Source: Bacteroidota bacterium (GTDB lineage Bacteria > Bacteroidota > Bacteroidia > UKL13-3). Taken from it: a stretch of 64,000 nucleotides of DNA. Made by a program: the position numbers and the translations under genes. Under the pieces are notes generated by a model. It saw nothing but the letters and a program-made list of their open reading frames with translations, had not been told where the DNA came from and did no database searches. Of this stretch, positions 18,577-27,265 are shown piece after piece. How positions within the stretch are numbered: the stretch's first letter is position 1; each line of letters starts with the position of its first letter. The stretch covers positions 13,711 to 77,710 of the forward strand of contig JAUXUD010000021.1 of NCBI GenBank assembly GCA_030680835.1, read 5' to 3'.

Positions 18577-19886
18577 TAATTTTTTCTGAAAAGCCAAACC
18601 CAAATTTCTTTGTATGTGGGCTTTTTACCAAATGTTAAAATTCCAATCCGGTATATTCTTCCGGCAAGCCATACTGTAAACATAAATCCCAATGCCATAC
18701 AAACCATTGAAGTAATTATTTGCCAGGTAGGAACTCCGAATGGCAGTCGTACCATCATTACTACCGGCGAACTTAGCGGGATAATAGAAAGCCATATTGC
18801 CAACTGGCCGTTCGGGGCATTAACCACAATGGATTGAGCAAGCGCAAATGAAAAAATTAGAGGAAGCGTCATGGGCATCATAAATTGTTGTGTATCGGTT
18901 TCGCTGTCTACGGCTGATCCAACAGCTGCAAATAATGCACCGTAAAACAGGTACCCACCTATAAAATAAAAAATAAACATGCCAATAATCAAAGTATAAT
19001 TAAACTGACCGAAACCGCTTAAAATACCTGCAATATCTCCGCTTGACTGTCTAGTTGCATCACTTCCTGCAGCGATTGTTTCCGGACTGATATTCATTAA
19101 ATTTGCAACAACCATTGATACAGGTATGGTTAATGTTAAAACCATGATAACCCATAATACAAATTGAGTTAACCCCACCAATGCAATTCCAATTATCTTT
19201 CCCATCATCAGTTCGAAAGGTTTCACCGACGAGATTAAAACCTCAACAATTCTGTTTGTTTTTTCTTCAATAACACCTTTCATAACCTGAACCCCATAAA
19301 GAAAAATAAAAAAATAAATGAGTATAGCACCTATGATTCCTACAAAAGTGGTTACTCCCGAATTTCCGCTTTCCAGCCCCGAATCCGTCAGTTTCCTGGT
19401 TTCAATTTCAACGCCTGTACTATTAATTTCACTCAAAATTTTCTGATCAATTCCGTTTTCGCTTAGCTTTTTGTTTTTTATCAGAACTTCAAACTGGTTT
19501 TCAATATTGGTTAATGTACTTAAACTGGGTTGTTCATTAACCAGTAATTTAATTTTAAAACTTTTGTCAAATAAAGAGTCTGAAACCATGATTACCCCAA
19601 AAACCTGACCTGATTTTAAAATTGATTTTGCTTCATCTTCCCGGATATTTCTATATGAAAATGATATTGATTTATTACTTTTCAACTGATTTGTAAAAAG
19701 GCCTGATTGATCACTAACAATAATGTGTTTACTATCGTCTGCAATTTCTTTGTTAAATGAAAGATAGATGATAATGCCGTAAAAAAGAGCAATGAGAACC
19801 GGCGATAATATAGTCATAATAATAAATGACTTTTTCTTAACCCGGGTTAGGTATTCTCTTTTGCTGATAAGCCATATCTTATGCAT
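18576..19886 (-). CDS. ABC-2 type transporter permease (NatB-like)
   Basis: An N-terminal TM segment, a large extracytoplasmic loop, then 5 C-terminal TM segments. The ATG at 19886 (MHKIWLISKREY) overlaps the ATPase stop by 8 nt. Confidence 0.8.
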   Translation of the reverse strand: MHKIWLISKREYLTRVKKKSFIIMTILSPVLIALFYGIIIYLSFNKEIADDSKHIIVSDQSGLFTNQLKSNKSISFSYRNIREDEAKSILKSGQVFGVIMVSDSLFDKSFKIKLLVNEQPSLSTLTNIENQFEVLIKNKKLSENGIDQKILSEINSTGVEIETRKLTDSGLESGNSGVTTFVGIIGAILIYFFIFLYGVQVMKGVIEEKTNRIVEVLISSVKPFELMMGKIIGIALVGLTQFVLWVIMVLTLTIPVSMVVANLMNISPETIAAGSDATRQSSGDIAGILSGFGQFNYTLIIGMFIFYFIGGYLFYGALFAAVGSAVDSETDTQQFMMPMTLPLIFSFALAQSIVVNAPNGQLAIWLSIIPLSSPVVMMVRLPFGVPTWQIITSMVCMALGFMFTVWLAGRIYRIGILTFGKKPTYKEIWVWLFRKN

Positions 19887-20802
19887 GTGTATATTTGTTT
19901 TTTTGTTGAACTGCCTGAATAAATATTTCTTCCATGGTTGGTAGTTTTTCCTTAAACCCCAGTAATTCAATTTCCCTGGTTAATAAATGTCTGATTAATT
20001 GATTGCCGGTCATTGCGTAGTTTAAACTCACAATGGTTTTAAACTGCAAATTTTCCCTTTCTGTTGAATCCACTTTAATAATGTCATCGCTCACTATTGG
20101 AATTCCGGAGTAAGAAATTTCAAACTGGTTGGTTTTAAAAGTTTGTTTTATTTGATTTACCTCACCATCCAGAATTTTCTCTGACTTATTGATTAGGGTA
20201 ATATGATCACATAACAGTTCAACAGAATCCATACGATGGGTAGAAAATATTATGGTTGCTCCCTGTTCCTTTAAAAGTAAAATTTCATCAACTAAAATCT
20301 GAGCATTTATTGGATCAAATCCTGAAAAAGGTTCATCTAAAATAATAAGCTTTGGATTGTGTAATAAAGTTGCAATAAATTGAACCTTTTGCTGCATACC
20401 TTTTGAAAGCTCTTCAACTTTTTTCCCTACCCATTCTTTTAATTCAAACCGATCTATCCAATATTTGAGTCGTTGTTTAGCCTCTTTGTTTTTTAAACCC
20501 TTAAGCTCGGCAAAATATAATAATTGTTCGCCTACCAACATTTTTTTATAGAGCCCTCTTTCTTCAGGTAAATAACCCATTTCATAAATATGCCTGGGCT
20601 GGAGTTTCTCACCATTAAACAAAACCTCCCCGCTATCGGGTTCGGTTATCTGCGTTAAAATACGAATCAAGCTGGTTTTGCCGGCTCCGTTTGGGCCCAG
20701 TAATCCAAAAATGCTGCCTTTTTTTATTGAAATATTTATTTGATTCAGCGCAATATGGTGTTGGTATGTTTTAGTTATAGATTTTGCTTCAATCATCATC
20801 AT
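19879..20802 (-). CDS. ABC transporter ATP-binding protein
   Basis: Walker A GPNGAGKTS, signature LSKGMQQK and Walker B LIILDEP. The likely start is within MMMIEAK (20802-20796) rather than the ORF-track start at 20859. Confidence 0.9.
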   Translation of the reverse strand: MMMIEAKSITKTYQHHIALNQINISIKKGSIFGLLGPNGAGKTSLIRILTQITEPDSGEVLFNGEKLQPRHIYEMGYLPEERGLYKKMLVGEQLLYFAELKGLKNKEAKQRLKYWIDRFELKEWVGKKVEELSKGMQQKVQFIATLLHNPKLIILDEPFSGFDPINAQILVDEILLLKEQGATIIFSTHRMDSVELLCDHITLINKSEKILDGEVNQIKQTFKTNQFEISYSGIPIVSDDIIKVDSTERENLQFKTIVSLNYAMTGNQLIRHLLTREIELLGFKEKLPTMEEIFIQAVQQKNKYTHA

Positions 20803-21029
20803 GCTGCAATTAAATACTCTTTCTTCAATCATTTTATTTTTTCTGTAAATTCCGGTCAATTATTTTATCGGCAGTTTCTGATGATTTACTTTCAAAATCG
20901 CATCAAAATGTTATCAGAAAAGGATAAAAACAAATATAGCCCAATCGGTAAAGCGTAAATTAAATTACGTTCACAAGAATTTCTTTTAACTTATCCCTAA
21001 AATCACTTTATTTGTGTGAGACATATTTT

Positions 21030-21842
21030 ATGAAAACATTTCAAAAAACAATAGTCTTTTTATGCTTCATAATAATTGCTGCTAATTATAATTATGTAAA
21101 GGCGGGTACCCCTCAGGCAGTTAATTCAAAATTGGCAAGATCCATGTCAATCAATACTTTAGATGGCTGGCGCATCGGCTTTGGATTAGGTTACGCATTC
21201 TATATTGGCGATCAGATGGATAATACCATTACTAAAAATTTCGGTGATTTTAAAGAACTGCGCACAAATTTTACCATAGGCGTATTCAAGGCAATTAACC
21301 AGGAAAAGGAGCGGGGACTTGTATTTAAACATGGTTCTTTTCAAACGTTAAACACTTCAAATTCCAAAGGAATCCAATGCGATTACAATGAATTACAGAT
21401 GATGTTTCAATATAGTTTAAATGAAAACGTAGGTTTAAATTCAGGGCCATTTACCTGCAATTTGCAGTATGGATTTGGGGTAACTTCATTCAAGTCTATG
21501 TATTTTACGGTTAACCCCAATTTCCAAAGTATTGATGTGATTAAATCGAGCGTTGGTTATAATTTACAATCAGGAAAAGATTTAAACGGTAATGATTTGG
21601 AGCATATTGCCGGAAAAAAAATTGCTTTTCTGGGAAATATTGGTCTCAATTTGGGATTTAGAACGGGAAGGAACCTGACTTTATATTTTGAAAATAGCTT
21701 TCAAGCATCCATATCCAATAAACTTTCGGGAAATTTATTTAAAATTTCAATTATACCACCAGATTGTTATTTCTATACTGGATTATCACTTTATTATCGT
21801 TTTGGGGGTAGCGTGAGCAAACTGAGTTGCCCAAGATTCTAA
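21030..21842 (+). CDS. secreted beta-barrel-like protein, paralogue 1 of 3 (family not recognised)
   Basis: Signal peptide MKTFQKTIVFLCFIIIAANYNYVKA. Alternating hydrophobic strands such as WRIGFGLGYAFYIG and LTLYFENSFQASIS. C-terminal ...YYRFGGSVSKLSCPRF. Confidence 0.75.
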   Translation: MKTFQKTIVFLCFIIIAANYNYVKAGTPQAVNSKLARSMSINTLDGWRIGFGLGYAFYIGDQMDNTITKNFGDFKELRTNFTIGVFKAINQEKERGLVFKHGSFQTLNTSNSKGIQCDYNELQMMFQYSLNENVGLNSGPFTCNLQYGFGVTSFKSMYFTVNPNFQSIDVIKSSVGYNLQSGKDLNGNDLEHIAGKKIAFLGNIGLNLGFRTGRNLTLYFENSFQASISNKLSGNLFKISIIPPDCYFYTGLSLYYRFGGSVSKLSCPRF

Positions 21843-21862
21843 TTGCATTAAAATTGCATTAA
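21841..21862. repeat. tandem 11-bp direct repeat AATTGCATTAA x 2 abutting the stop of paralogue 1
   Basis: Copies at 21841-21851 and 21852-21862. The first copy overlaps the TAA stop (21840-21842). Confidence 0.8.
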
Positions 21863-21877
21863 TGATTTTTAATTGAT

Positions 21878-21893
21878 TGGCAATTGTTTTGCC
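21878..21893 (+). promoter_or_regulatory. sigma-54-like -24/-12 motif TGGCAATTGTTTTGCC upstream of paralogue 2
   Basis: Against the consensus TGGCAC-N5-TTGCW, the GG (21879-80) and GC (21891-92) have the canonical spacing and the TTGC is intact. The motif lies about 118 nt upstream of the ATG at 22011. A sigma-70-type box TAAGTTTG also lies at 21946-21953. Confidence 0.3.
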
Positions 21894-22010
21894 GTATTTC
21901 TCCTGGAATTGAAAAAAACCACCGTATTACAAGAATAGTACCTACTAAGTTTGTATTTATTTTGTATATTCATGGCTAAAATACTTTAATTTGTATAAAA
22001 TCCTAATATT

Positions 22011-22823
22011 ATGAATCTTATTCGAACAGTGTTTTTCTTTTTGTTAGTAATAAATTTTGCTATCGCAAACGCTGTGACTCCCCAAAAAAGCACATTAAAA
22101 TTGTTAAATCCAGCTCCATATGTAAGTGGTTTGGATGGCTGGCGTTTTGGATTTGGTTTGGGTTATGCCATTTATCTTGGAGACCAGATGGATTTCGTGC
22201 TTACCAGAAACTTCGGAGAGTTTAAGGAATTGCGAACCAATATTACACTAGGAGCCTATAAAATAAAAAATCAGGAGAATGAGTGGGGATTTGTATTTAA
22301 GCATGGTTCTTTTCAAACATTAAAATCAGCAAATACGCAGGGCATTCAATGCGATTATAATGAGTTACAAATGATGTTTCAGTATAGTTTAAATGAGAAT
22401 GTGGGTCTAAACGCCGGTCCATTTACCTGCAATATTCAACTTGGTTTTGGTGCGATGTCATATAAGTCCATGTATTTCACCGTTAATCCCAATTTTCAGA
22501 GCATTGATGTGATTCAATCCAGTGTGGGTTATGGACTTGGTTCAGCAAAAGATTTAAACGGGAAAGAAATGGCTCACATACCCGGCAAAAAAATAGCATT
22601 TTTGGGAAATGTTGGTGTTAATTTAGGTTTTAAAGTGGGAAGAAGTCTGATATTATACTTTGAAAATAGTTTTCAGGCTTCTATGTCTAATAAACTTTCG
22701 GGTAATTTATCAAAGATCTCAGTAATTCCACCGGATTGTTATTTTTATACAGGTTTTGCACTTTATTATCGTTTTGGAGGAAGTATAAGCCGTTTGGGAT
22801 GTCCAAAGCTTTCTTACCACTAA
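22011..22823 (+). CDS. secreted beta-barrel-like protein, paralogue 2 of 3
   Basis: Roughly three-quarters identical to paralogue 1 by eye over the mature region. Signal peptide MNLIRTVFFFLLVINFAIANA. Confidence 0.75.
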   Translation: MNLIRTVFFFLLVINFAIANAVTPQKSTLKLLNPAPYVSGLDGWRFGFGLGYAIYLGDQMDFVLTRNFGEFKELRTNITLGAYKIKNQENEWGFVFKHGSFQTLKSANTQGIQCDYNELQMMFQYSLNENVGLNAGPFTCNIQLGFGAMSYKSMYFTVNPNFQSIDVIQSSVGYGLGSAKDLNGKEMAHIPGKKIAFLGNVGVNLGFKVGRSLILYFENSFQASMSNKLSGNLSKISVIPPDCYFYTGFALYYRFGGSISRLGCPKLSYH

Positions 22824-22845
22824 TTAATTGTAAAAAAAATCACCT

Positions 22846-23619
22846 ATGAACCTATTCTTAAAATCTTTTTTTTTAGGGATTCAAATACTTGTTTTAAGTG
22901 AAGTTTTTGGTTCAGGGATTACTACACAAAATCTAAACCTGGGAGCAAATTCCAATTGGAGATTTGGTGGAGGACTTGGTTATTCTTTATATTTTACAAA
23001 TCAAATAGATTATACCATTACAACTAATTATGGCAACTTTAATGAACTCATCCCATCTTATTTTATCGGGATTTATAAGAAAATAAACACCAGTTTCGAA
23101 GTTGGAATAGCAGCCCGGCACGCAAGCATGTTAACATTAAAATCCGAAAATTCACAAGGTACACAGTGTGATTATAATGACGTGCAAGCGATAATTCAAT
23201 ATAGTTTTAATGATAATATAGGACTGAATAATTCAAGAATAACCTGGAATGCACAAATTGGTTTGGGTGCAGTAAATTTCAGGTCTATGTATTTTACTGT
23301 GAATACTGATACGCGGGAAATTCTTGAAATATATTCAACATTGGGATATGGATTAAAAAGAGCCAACAAAAAAGATATTGCAGACAGAAAAACTGTAATT
23401 GTAGGAAACTTTGGGATAAATATTGGCTTGCGGGTTTTTCAAAATATGAGTGTTTACTTTGAAAATTCATTTAACATTAGTACATCCAATAAAATGTCTG
23501 GAAATTTATATAAAAAATCATGGATACCTCCTGATTGTTATGTTTTTTCAGGGGTTGGTATTTATTTTAATTTAGGTAATGGGGGAACTGATAAACGTAT
23601 CGACTGCCCTAAGTTTTAG
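22846..23619 (+). CDS. secreted beta-barrel-like protein, paralogue 3 of 3 (divergent)
   Basis: Shares the blocks [42 protein letters not shown] and a C-terminal CPKF. It starts 22 nt after paralogue 2. Confidence 0.75.
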   Translation: MNLFLKSFFLGIQILVLSEVFGSGITTQNLNLGANSNWRFGGGLGYSLYFTNQIDYTITTNYGNFNELIPSYFIGIYKKINTSFEVGIAARHASMLTLKSENSQGTQCDYNDVQAIIQYSFNDNIGLNNSRITWNAQIGLGAVNFRSMYFTVNTDTREILEIYSTLGYGLKRANKKDIADRKTVIVGNFGINIGLRVFQNMSVYFENSFNISTSNKMSGNLYKKSWIPPDCYVFSGVGIYFNLGNGGTDKRIDCPKF

Positions 23620-24767
23620 TTAAAAAACTCTTTCATTCTGTCAAAAAATCCCTGGTCGTTTTTATCCGGTTTGGGAGTAAAATTTTCAGATGCTCTTATT
23701 TTTTCCAACAGAATTTTTTCATCATGGGTTACTTTTTTTGGAGTCCAAACATTAATTTGTATCAATTGATCTCCATGATAACCTGAATTTATTTCCGGGA
23801 GGCCCTTACCTCTTAATCGTAATATTTTTCCTGCCTGGGTTCCCGGTTCTATTTTAAGTTTCACTTTGCCGCTAACAGTTGGCACTTCAACATGTGTTCC
23901 CAATGCCGCATCTGCAAAGTTTAAAAATAAATCATAGATTATATTGTTTCCATCCCGCTTTAAAACCGGATCTTCAATTTCTTCAATCAAGATAATCAAA
24001 TCTCCTGAAACTCCGCCCCGTTCCGGTGCATTTCCTCTGCCACTCATAGATAACTGCATACCATCCGCCACGCCGGCTGGAATGTTCACAGTGATAACTT
24101 CTTCTCCGTCCATACGACCTGTCCCACGGCAGTTTCCACAGTTTGAAGTAACCATGGTTCCTTCTCCGTTGCAGGTTGGGCAGGTGCCTGTAGTAGCCAT
24201 CTGCCCTAAAAATGTTTGGGTCACTTTTCTCACCTGGCCCGATCCGCCGCATGTACCGCAGGTTTTAAACGATGCCTTATCTTTAGCTCCTGATCCCCCA
24301 CAAGAATTGCAGGCTATTTGTTTATTAACTTTTAGTTTTTTCTCAACCCCGGAGGCAATTTCCTGCAAGGTTAACTTTACTTTAACCCTAAGATTGGTTC
24401 CAACTCTTTGTCTTTTCCCCCCTCTCGACCGCTGTGCTCCCCCAAAAAAAGATTCAAAGGGGTTTCCATCACCAAATACATCTCCAAACTGGCTGAATAT
24501 ATCATCCATATTCATTCCCCCGCCCCCTCTGGAACCTCCGGCACCCATTGCCTGATGTCCGAATCTGTCGTATTTAGCCCTTTTATCCTCGTTACTTAAA
24601 ACTTCATACGCTTCGGCAGCCTCTTTAAATTTATCTTCGGCCTCTTTATTTCCCGGATTTTTATCCGGATGAAACTTTATAGCCAATTGCCGGTAAGCTT
24701 TTTTAATCTCATCAGCATTGGCTTGTTTGCCTACACCCAAAATTTCGTAATAATCTCTTTTTGTCAT
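23616..24767 (-). CDS. dnaJ: molecular chaperone DnaJ
   Basis: J-domain with HPDKN, a G/F-rich linker and four CxxCxGxG zinc-finger repeats. Confidence 0.95.
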   Translation of the reverse strand: MTKRDYYEILGVGKQANADEIKKAYRQLAIKFHPDKNPGNKEAEDKFKEAAEAYEVLSNEDKRAKYDRFGHQAMGAGGSRGGGGMNMDDIFSQFGDVFGDGNPFESFFGGAQRSRGGKRQRVGTNLRVKVKLTLQEIASGVEKKLKVNKQIACNSCGGSGAKDKASFKTCGTCGGSGQVRKVTQTFLGQMATTGTCPTCNGEGTMVTSNCGNCRGTGRMDGEEVITVNIPAGVADGMQLSMSGRGNAPERGGVSGDLIILIEEIEDPVLKRDGNNIIYDLFLNFADAALGTHVEVPTVSGKVKLKIEPGTQAGKILRLRGKGLPEINSGYHGDQLIQINVWTPKKVTHDEKILLEKIRASENFTPKPDKNDQGFFDRMKEFFN

Positions 24768-24790
24768 TTTACTTTATTTGAGGCGTATTT

Positions 24791-25375
24791 TTATGCACCG
24801 ATGATTACTTTGGCAAACCGAATTACTTTGTCATTTAAAAAATATCCTTTTTCCAATACTTCAATAATTTTATCCTTTAAATCTTCGCTTGGAGCCGGAG
24901 ATTTGGTAATCGCCTCGTGAAAATCAGGATCAAATGGCTTACCCAATACTTCCATTTCCTTAATACCTTTTTGGATTAGAGAAGCTTTTAATTTGTTGTA
25001 AATTAACTCAACCCCTTCTTTTAATGATTTATTTTCCGCTGTCAGCTTCATTGAACTGAGTGCTCTTTCAAAATCGTCCAAAACAGGCAACATGGCTTCC
25101 AGAACTTCCTGATTGGCTGACCTGAACAATTCAACCCGCTCTTTGATTGTTCTTCGTTTGTAGTTTTCAAACTCAGAGTACAATCTTAAGTATTTGTCTT
25201 GAATGTCTGTAAGTTCCTTTTGCAGTTTATCCTCTGTACTTACAAGTTCATCCGATTCAGACAGAGGTTTATGAGCCTTAATTTCTTCAGCCACTTCTTT
25301 TAAATCGTTTTCAATATTTGTGGAGTCTTCTTTAAATTCAATTTCCTCGCTTTTATTTTCAATATCATTCAGCAT
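24791..25375 (-). CDS. grpE: nucleotide exchange factor GrpE
   Basis: An acidic N-terminus followed by the coiled-coil LRLYSEFENYKRR, and a C-terminal FDPDFHEA. Located directly upstream of dnaJ. Confidence 0.9.
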   Translation of the reverse strand: MLNDIENKSEEIEFKEDSTNIENDLKEVAEEIKAHKPLSESDELVSTEDKLQKELTDIQDKYLRLYSEFENYKRRTIKERVELFRSANQEVLEAMLPVLDDFERALSSMKLTAENKSLKEGVELIYNKLKASLIQKGIKEMEVLGKPFDPDFHEAITKSPAPSEDLKDKIIEVLEKGYFLNDKVIRFAKVIIGA

Positions 25376-25401
25376 ATACTTTTCTTCTTTTCTCCTGTTT
25401 T

Positions 25402-25417
25402 AGCAAAGATGTTGCCA
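25402..25417 (-). promoter_or_regulatory. sigma-54-like -24/-12 motif TGGCAACATCTTTGCT upstream of grpE
   Basis: On the minus strand the GG-N10-GC spacing is canonical and TTGCT is intact. The -12 element lies about 28 nt upstream of the grpE ATG (25375). The motif overlaps an imperfect hairpin at 25414-25442. Confidence 0.25.
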
Positions 25418-25443
25418 ACATTTTTATTTGTGACAATGTGGCA

Positions 25444-25944
25444 TTAATAAGCCCTCAACAGGCGTTCCAGGTCCTGAGAGCTCAGGTTTTTAGCCACAAT
25501 AATTCCATCCGGACTGAGTAAAAAATTGTAAGGTATCGTTTTCACGCGGCAGTTTTCCACAATAGGCGAATTCCAGCCTTTTTCATCACATACCAGGCTT
25601 TTCCAGGGTAGATTGTCTTTTTTTAAAGCAAGTTCGCAATATTTTTTAGAGTCATCCAAACTAATGGAAATGATATAAAATTTTCTGCCGATTTTAAACT
25701 TTTTATCTTTGTATTTAAGATATGGAATTGTCATTTCCCTTTGTAAGGTTCGGCTTTCAACATTCCACGATGCCCAGAAATGAACCAGTACGTATGAGCC
25801 TTTTAAATCTGTTAAATGATAGGCTTTTTGAAAAGCTCCCTGGTATGAAAAATCAGGCAAAGTATCTCCAATTTCAAAGCTTTTACTGGCTTGCGATAAG
25901 CTCCACAAAGGTATAGTTAGTAAAATGCAGGTAATGAATCGCAT
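25444..25944 (-). CDS. thioredoxin-fold (TlpA/AhpC-TSA-like) protein lacking the CxxC active site
   Basis: Signal peptide, then VLVHFWASWNVESR where TlpA-type proteins have FWASWCxPC. The C-terminal TIPYNFLLSPDGIIV is typical of the fold. Confidence 0.75.
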   Translation of the reverse strand: MRFITCILLTIPLWSLSQASKSFEIGDTLPDFSYQGAFQKAYHLTDLKGSYVLVHFWASWNVESRTLQREMTIPYLKYKDKKFKIGRKFYIISISLDDSKKYCELALKKDNLPWKSLVCDEKGWNSPIVENCRVKTIPYNFLLSPDGIIVAKNLSSQDLERLLRAY

Positions 25945-25947
25945 TGT

Positions 25948-27255
25948 TTACTGAATCCGGGTTATATCTGCTCCAATGGATCGGAGTCTGTCATCAATAA
26001 ATTGATAACCTCTGTCTATTTGTTCAATATTATTGATGGTGCTGGTTCCATTGGCAGCCAGGGCTGCAATTAGCATAGAAACTCCTGCTCTGATATCGGG
26101 CGATGACATGTTAATACCCCTTAGTTTGGTTTCACGGTTTGAACCGATTACAACGGCCCTGTGCGGGTCACACAAGATAATTTTAGCGCCCATATCAATA
26201 AGATTATCTACAAAAAACAAACGGCTCTCAAACATCCATTGGTGTATTAAAACGCTTCCTTTTGCCTGTGTTGCGGTTACCAGGGCTATAGATATTAAAT
26301 CGGGAGTAAACGCAGGCCATATGCCATCCTTAATCGTTAAAATTGATCCATCAATTAATGTTTCAATCTTATATGAATCCTGTTGTATAATATGGATGTC
26401 ATCACCTTCAAATTCAAGCTGGATTCCCATTCTTTGAAAAACTTTTGGGATTACTCCCAAACTCTCAATGGCACAATTCTTTATCAGGATATCTGAATGG
26501 GTTGCCGCTGCCAATCCGATAAAACTTCCAATTTCAATCATATCGGGCAACATGCGGTGTTCGCAACCTCCCAATGAATCTACACCCGTTATGTGCAACA
26601 AGTTTGATCCAACCCCTGAAATTTTTGCCCCCATTTTATTCAGCATTTTACACAATTGCTGGATATAAGGCTCACAGGCTGCATTATAGATACTTGTTGT
26701 GCCATTAGCCAGTGTAGCTGCCATTAAAATGTTGGCGGTTCCGGTTACGGATGCTTCATCCAAAACCATATACGTGCCGGTTAAATTTTTGCCATCAATT
26801 TTGTAAAACCGCTCGGCATGCATGTGCTCAAAGGTGGCACCCAATTTTTCGAATCCGCGTAAATGTGTGTCAACCGGCCGGCGCCCAATTTTATCACCGC
26901 CTGGCTCCGGAATATAGGCCAAGCCAAAACGGGCCAGAAGCGGGCCGATAATCATAATTGAACCCCGGAGACTTGCTCCCTTTGTTTTAAAATCGTTGCT
27001 GAGCAGGTAATCCAGATTTACATTTCCGGCTTTAAATGAATAGGTGTCAGTTGCCAGTTTTTCTACTTCTACCCCCAAATCGCCAAGCAGTTCAATTAGC
27101 TTCATAACATCCCGGATATTGGGGATGTTTGAAATGGTAATTTTTTGAGACGTTAACAAAACAGCAGACAATATTTGCAGCGCTTCATTTTTTGCTCCCT
27201 GGGGTATTATTTCACCTTTTAGCTGATTTCCACCTTTAACTTTAAATGATCCCAT
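25948..27255 (-). CDS. murA: UDP-N-acetylglucosamine 1-carboxyvinyltransferase
   Basis: MGSFKVKGGNQLKGEIIPQGAKNEAL, PGGDKIGRRPVDTHL and DRGYQFIDDRL. The ATG at 27255 is preferred; the longer ORF-track start would overlap the upstream gene. Confidence 0.95.
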   Translation of the reverse strand: MGSFKVKGGNQLKGEIIPQGAKNEALQILSAVLLTSQKITISNIPNIRDVMKLIELLGDLGVEVEKLATDTYSFKAGNVNLDYLLSNDFKTKGASLRGSIMIIGPLLARFGLAYIPEPGGDKIGRRPVDTHLRGFEKLGATFEHMHAERFYKIDGKNLTGTYMVLDEASVTGTANILMAATLANGTTSIYNAACEPYIQQLCKMLNKMGAKISGVGSNLLHITGVDSLGGCEHRMLPDMIEIGSFIGLAAATHSDILIKNCAIESLGVIPKVFQRMGIQLEFEGDDIHIIQQDSYKIETLIDGSILTIKDGIWPAFTPDLISIALVTATQAKGSVLIHQWMFESRLFFVDNLIDMGAKIILCDPHRAVVIGSNRETKLRGINMSSPDIRAGVSMLIAALAANGTSTINNIEQIDRGYQFIDDRLRSIGADITRIQ

Positions 27256-27265
27256 TTTTTTATTT

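Noticed and set aside
23944-24555. 203-aa plus-strand ORF, plus an 89-aa minus-strand ORF, inside dnaJ
   Set aside because: They are antisense or out of frame relative to the Gly/Cys-rich region of a canonical DnaJ. The long open frames are explained by codon composition.
26033-26437. 134-aa plus-strand ORF inside murA
   Set aside because: It is antisense to a canonical, motif-complete murA, and no motif or signal supports it.
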